Source: Gemmatimonadota bacterium
GTDB lineage: Bacteria; Gemmatimonadota; Gemmatimonadetes; Gemmatimonadales; GWC2-71-9
Direction of reading: 5' to 3'
Assembly: GCA_040008015.1 (NCBI GenBank)
Contig: JBDTTZ010000492.1
Location: 1-38,475 of the forward strand
Length of the DNA stretch: 38,475 bases
Numbering within the stretch: the first letter of the stretch is position 1; the number at the start of each line of letters is the position of its first letter. Both the position numbers and the translations under genes were made by a program. The notes beneath the pieces were generated by a model that ran no database searches, was not told the origin of the DNA, and worked only from the letters and a program-made list of their open reading frames with translations. Below, piece after piece: positions 34,687 to 38,475 of the stretch.

Positions 34687-35774
34687 TCTTCAAGGAGAGC
34701 CCGGAGCCGGTCCGGCTCTGCGTCCCCCATATGCCCGATCCGGATCGTACTGGCCTTGAGCTCGCCGTATCCCGCCCCAATTACCCACCCACGCTCCGCC
34801 ATCGCCCCCACAACGTGATCACCGAGTGTCGCGGCAGGCAGGTTGAGACACGAAACGGTCCAGGAGCGCCGCCCTTCGGCGGCCAGCAGGCTAACCTGGG
34901 GATGCAGCAGGACCCACTCCTCCACCATCGTCAGCATGGCGTGGTGCCGCCGCCACCGAGCCTCGATACCGCCGGCCGCCTGGATCCGTTCCAGCTGGGC
35001 GGCCAGGGCGAAGTACAGCGGGATTGAGGGGGTGGACGGGGGCTGAGAACGTTCGGCGGCTTCCGCGTAGCGAACCAGGTCGAAATAGCGGCCCCGGTCT
35101 GACAGCCACCGGGCCCGCGCCAGGAGCCGGGGGCTCACCGCTCCCAGGACCAGTCCGGGAGGAAGTCCGAGGGCTTTTTGTGACCCGGCAAAGACAAAAT
35201 CCATCCCCCAGTGATCGGTTTCCACCGGACTTCCGCCCAGCGAGCTCGCAGCATCCACCAGGACCAGCAGGTCTTTCCGGTTCCGTACCACTGATATGAG
35301 GTCGAGTAGCGGTGCCAGGGCTCCAGTCGAGGTCTCCGAGTGAACCAGCGCGACCGCGTCAACCGGCGGTCCATCCAGGAATTGCGCCAGGTATTCCGGC
35401 TCCAGCGTCCGGCCCGGTGGAACCATGACCCTGATGACTTCCTTGCCGGAGAGCTCCGCGATCCGGGCGAAACGCTCGCCAAAGGCTCCGCCGATCACGA
35501 CCAGCACCCGTTCGACGACCCCGCAGCGAATCGCCGCCTCCATGAAACCGGTAGTGGACGCGGTCCCGATGACGACCGGATGCGCGGTGCGGAAGAGATC
35601 GGCCAGGGGCTGCTTGAGCTCGGCCATGAGCTGCTCCATCGCGGCACCGCGATGCGCGATCATGGGCCGGTTCATGGATGCCAGGATGTCAGGGTGAACT
35701 TCCGATGGTCCGGGCAGGAACCAGTTGCCAAAGCTGATAGGGACCTCCAAAGAGAGTGAAGAATCACCCTTCAC
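34641..35774 (-). CDS. Class V aminotransferase (serine-pyruvate / alanine-glyoxylate type)
   Basis: LPGPSEVHPDILASM N-terminus. PLP-lysine context FAGSQKALG. GTG start overlaps the upstream stop. The last 14 codons and the stop lie in a heptamer repeat array. Confidence 0.8.
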   Translation of the reverse strand: MKGDSSLSLEVPISFGNWFLPGPSEVHPDILASMNRPMIAHRGAAMEQLMAELKQPLADLFRTAHPVVIGTASTTGFMEAAIRCGVVERVLVVIGGAFGERFARIAELSGKEVIRVMVPPGRTLEPEYLAQFLDGPPVDAVALVHSETSTGALAPLLDLISVVRNRKDLLVLVDAASSLGGSPVETDHWGMDFVFAGSQKALGLPPGLVLGAVSPRLLARARWLSDRGRYFDLVRYAEAAERSQPPSTPSIPLYFALAAQLERIQAAGGIEARWRRHHAMLTMVEEWVLLHPQVSLLAAEGRRSWTVSCLNLPAATLGDHVVGAMAERGWVIGAGYGELKASTIRIGHMGDAEPDRLRALLEDLSSVLDPQSSVLSP

Positions 35775-36427
35775 GCGGTGAAGTAATTCTCCAGGACCCC
35801 ACCTTCAAGAATCTCTTCCGACTTGACGAGGCGGACGCCTTCTTCCGCCCATTCCTTGAGCAGGTGCTCGGCCGCCTTGGGGTTGAAGGCGCGGGCCGCG
35901 TCGGTCACGAAGTAGATCCGGGTGTGGGGACGGTGCTGGGCCAGCCCCTCGATGGCGTACCGGTCGCTCCCGTCGGTGGCGACGCCATACATGACGATGA
36001 CCTGGGGATCGAGCGTGCGGAGGAGCGGCAGGACGTTGGAATTGGTGAAAACATCAAACCAGTGCTTGTGCAGCAGGAAGTCCCCGGCATGCTGCTGGAC
36101 CCGGGCGAGGGTGGCGGCATCCTGGTGCTCCGGCTCGATCACCAGGGGATTCTGGAGCGCCGTCTCGGGGATCTTTTTCTGCCCCTGGCTTCCCCGCATG
36201 CAGTGGGGAGGGAAGGTCTCGATGTAGTCCGGGTGGTCGCTCAATTCGCGGTGACCGGCCAGGTGATCGTCCGCGCTGGCCAGGATCCGGACCTTGCGGT
36301 CGCGCGCAAAGGCGGTGAGCCGCTTCAGGACCGGGCGGATTCCCCCGGCGCCGGGGATGGGGAGCCTGCCGCTGGGCTCGAAGAAATCGGCCTGGGTATC
36401 GACATCCCAGAAGAGAAGACGAGCCAT
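35771..36427 (-). CDS. Isochorismatase-family (cysteine hydrolase-like) protein
   Basis: I chose ATG 36427 (MARLLFWDVDTQADFF). Asp and Lys catalytic contexts are present. Ser sits at the usual Cys position (GVATDGSDRY). The 396-aa track ORF extends antisense into iclR and is rejected. Confidence 0.7.
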   Translation of the reverse strand: MARLLFWDVDTQADFFEPSGRLPIPGAGGIRPVLKRLTAFARDRKVRILASADDHLAGHRELSDHPDYIETFPPHCMRGSQGQKKIPETALQNPLVIEPEHQDAATLARVQQHAGDFLLHKHWFDVFTNSNVLPLLRTLDPQVIVMYGVATDGSDRYAIEGLAQHRPHTRIYFVTDAARAFNPKAAEHLLKEWAEEGVRLVKSEEILEGGVLENYFTA

Positions 36428-36568
36428 GACCGGCCTCAGGCTCCGAAGAAGGTGACCGGAAGGTAGGAGCGTCCGCGAGGTGCGACAAGCAGCAGTTTCG
36501 GCAAGTGATCTTGACAGCGACGCCTCCAGCCTGAACATTGACCCACGCCCGAACCTCGGCTCCACATT

Positions 36569-37360
36569 GTGAAACTCCGTACCACGAAGGGTGAACGTCA
36601 GGTAACCGGCGCGCAGGCCATCGGCCGCGCGTTCAGCATCCTGCGCATGTTCAGCGACGAAACGCCGGAGTGGAACCTGGCCGAGCTGTCCCGCAAGGTG
36701 GGGCTTACGAAGACCACTTCGTTCCGCCTGCTGGGCGCGCTGGAGCATGAGCGCATGGTGGCCCGGAACCGGCCCAGCGGGTCCTACCGGCTGGGCCCCC
36801 GCGCGATCGAGCTGGGCTCGCTGGCCCAGCGCTCCAACAGCCTGCACCGCGCGGCGCACGAAGAGCTGATTGCCCTCTCCGAAGCCACCGGAGAAACCAC
36901 CAGCCTGGAGATCCTCATCGGCACCCATGTCCTGGTTCTGGACGAAATCCAGGGGCGTCACAAATTGAGCCCGGCGCCTTTTATCGGCTCACGCTGGCCG
37001 GCCCACACGGCATCGACCGGGAAGGTGCTGCTGGCCGCGGCGGGGGGATGGCCGGCGGGAAGCCCGCGGCCGGTCCGGCTCACGCCGCAGAGCATCACTT
37101 CGGTCGCCCGGCTCAATGCCGAGCTGGCGGCGGTCACCAAGAGGGGCTATGCCGTCGCGATCGAAGAGCTGGAAGCGGGCTATGTCGCGGTGGGGGCTCC
37201 GGTGCGGAATCACCATCGGAGCGTGGTCGCGGCGATCAGCGCCGGGGGTCCGTCCATTCGCTTTACGGCGCAGCGAATCCCCCGCATAGCAAAGGCGGTG
37301 TGCGAGGCCGCCGAACGTATCTCCCAGCGGCTGGGCGCCGGACGGGAGCCCCGCACATGA
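36569..37360 (+). CDS. IclR-family transcriptional regulator
   Basis: N-terminal HTH (LAELSRKVGLTKTTSFRLLGALE) and a C-terminal IclR effector domain. GTG start, exact position uncertain. Confidence 0.85.
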   Translation: MKLRTTKGERQVTGAQAIGRAFSILRMFSDETPEWNLAELSRKVGLTKTTSFRLLGALEHERMVARNRPSGSYRLGPRAIELGSLAQRSNSLHRAAHEELIALSEATGETTSLEILIGTHVLVLDEIQGRHKLSPAPFIGSRWPAHTASTGKVLLAAAGGWPAGSPRPVRLTPQSITSVARLNAELAAVTKRGYAVAIEELEAGYVAVGAPVRNHHRSVVAAISAGGPSIRFTAQRIPRIAKAVCEAAERISQRLGAGREPRT

Positions 37361-38259
37361 GAGGCCGCCGGGTGCTGTTGACGGCGGGCCTGATCGCCGC
37401 CCTACAGGGGGGCGCGGGTGCGACGCGCTCCATTGCCGCCCAGCAGCCGCGGGGCGTGCTGCTGATCGTGGGCGGCGGCCACCAGCCACCGGACCTGGTC
37501 CGCCACTTCGTGGACCTGGCGGGGGGCTCCGGCACAGCGCGCATCGCTGTGGTTCCCATGGCGAGCTCGGAGCCGGTCGCCACCGGGGAGGAAAAGGCGG
37601 AAGAGCTCCGGGGACTGGGCGCCCGGGTTTTTGTGCTCAATCTCACCCGGGCGCAGGCCGAGTCGGACTCCGCGGTCCGGTTGCTGGATGGGGTCACCGG
37701 GGTGTGGTTCACCGGCGGCGACCAGGTCAGCATCACGTCGGCGTTGCTGGGCACCGCAGTGCACCGGGCCATCGCGGCGCGCTACCGGGACGGAGCAGTC
37801 CTCGGAGGCACCTCGGCGGGCGCGGCGATCATGTCGGATTCAATGCTCACCGGCAACCAGTACCGGGCACCGCCGGATACCAACGGCTACTACGGTGATG
37901 AGTACGACTCCATCGCCCGGCACTTTATCGAGATCGTGCCGGGGCTCGGCTTCCTGCACGGCGCGATTGTCGATCAGCACTTCATCACGCGGGAGCGCAC
38001 CAACCGGCTGTTGAGCGTGATCCTGGAACGCCCCACGCTGATCGGCGTAGGGATTGATGAGGGAACCGCACTGGAGGTGCGCCCCGATGGAACCTGGCGC
38101 GTGCTGGGCGCGAGCGCGGTGATGGTGTTCGACGCGCGGGGAGTCAAGGTCACCCGGAGCGGCGCGCCGGCGCTGGGAGCGGCCGATATCCGGCTTCACG
38201 TTCTCCCAGCAGGCAGCGTGTATGACCCTCGCCGGGGCCAGGCTACGCTCCCCGAGTGA
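37357..38259 (+). CDS. Cyanophycinase (peptidase S51) with N-terminal signal peptide
   Basis: ATG 37357 overlaps the iclR stop (ATGA). MRGRRVLLTAGLIAALQGGAGA signal-like N-terminus. Nucleophile context GGTSAGAAIM. LIVGGG and FTGGDQ motifs. The track start 37048 is rejected. Confidence 0.8.
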   Translation: MRGRRVLLTAGLIAALQGGAGATRSIAAQQPRGVLLIVGGGHQPPDLVRHFVDLAGGSGTARIAVVPMASSEPVATGEEKAEELRGLGARVFVLNLTRAQAESDSAVRLLDGVTGVWFTGGDQVSITSALLGTAVHRAIAARYRDGAVLGGTSAGAAIMSDSMLTGNQYRAPPDTNGYYGDEYDSIARHFIEIVPGLGFLHGAIVDQHFITRERTNRLLSVILERPTLIGVGIDEGTALEVRPDGTWRVLGASAVMVFDARGVKVTRSGAPALGAADIRLHVLPAGSVYDPRRGQATLPE

Positions 38260-38321
38260 TTCACCCGGAAACAATTCGTTCTATGACTAACCCTTCATCT
38301 CGTCTCGTTCGGAGGAATCAC

Positions 38322-38475
38322 ATGAACCGTTGGCGAAACATCTGGAACGGCGCGCTGGGGCTGATCGTCGCGATGCTCCTGGGAGGCGCAGCCACCGCGC
38401 AGGCCCAGAGCGCGACGGTACGAGGAACCGTGTCCGACTCGGCCTCGCAACGTCCCCTGGAAGGTGCGGAGGTCA
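38322..38475 (+). CDS. Probable TonB-dependent receptor / carboxypeptidase-regulatory-like domain protein (N-terminal 51 aa only)
   Basis: GGAGGA lies 6 nt upstream of the ATG. Signal peptide ending AQAQ, then SATVRGTVSDSASQRPLEGAEV, typical of CarboxypepD_reg N-domains. Runs off the window. Confidence 0.5.
   Translation, partial: MNRWRNIWNGALGLIVAMLLGGAATAQAQSATVRGTVSDSASQRPLEGAEV

Noticed and set aside
36511-36539. A sigma-70-type promoter for iclR (TTGACA, 17 nt, AACATT).
   Set aside because: The -35 is perfect, but the -10 matches only 3 of 6 positions. The consensus for this lineage is unknown, so I did not list it as a feature.
35771-36961. A 396-aa minus-strand ORF extending the isochorismatase-like gene upstream across the iclR gene.
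   Set aside because: Family homology begins at Met 36427 (MARLLFWDVDTQ). The upstream 178 codons are antisense to a well-supported IclR gene and have shadow-frame composition.

Overview
This is a visibly GC-rich chromosomal segment (GC not computed) from a diderm bacterium, judged from its TolC, FadL-type, DUF5916 and TonB-type outer-membrane proteins. The gene content resembles soil Gemmatimonadota or Acidobacteriota-like lineages, but that is unverified. I support 37 protein-coding genes, and almost all are ordinary housekeeping or envelope functions. In order: nth (partial), a DUF255 thioredoxin-fold protein, cyclophilin, a FadL-like porin plus SGNH lipoprotein, an HD hydrolase, and a PLD/Cls-like protein. 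Next come an ECF sigma / anti-sigma / LTXXQ / TolC-MacAB-type efflux operon and a DUF5916 / cytochrome b / Moco-oxidoreductase operon. Then a CPXCG protein, a PHP-domain membrane protein coupled to fabH, yggX, pirin, and a second ECF sigma / anti-sigma / PDZ operon. The rest are an S8 protease, a VIT1-type iron transporter, a HAF-repeat lipoprotein, leuS, an MCP, an aminotransferase plus isochorismatase-like hydrolase, and IclR plus a secreted cyanophycinase plus a TonB-type receptor (partial). I saw no rRNA, tRNA, CRISPR array, transposase, integrase or recognisable defence genes, so I cannot point to a novel protein-coding system. The unexplained signal is noncoding. Nearly every longer intergenic spacer holds a hairpin element whose two arms are tandem arrays of 7- or 8-nt units. 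There are 10 such loci with 4-5 unit types, one nested pair, and one locus that supplies a stop codon. Other notable items are a GC-rich REP-like palindrome at convergent gene junctions, a 0.5-kb unassigned gap at 34.1-34.6 kb, and a Cys-to-His change in the Nth Fe-S ligand set. Many long ORFs in the supplied track are GC-driven antisense shadows or translations of the repeat arrays.
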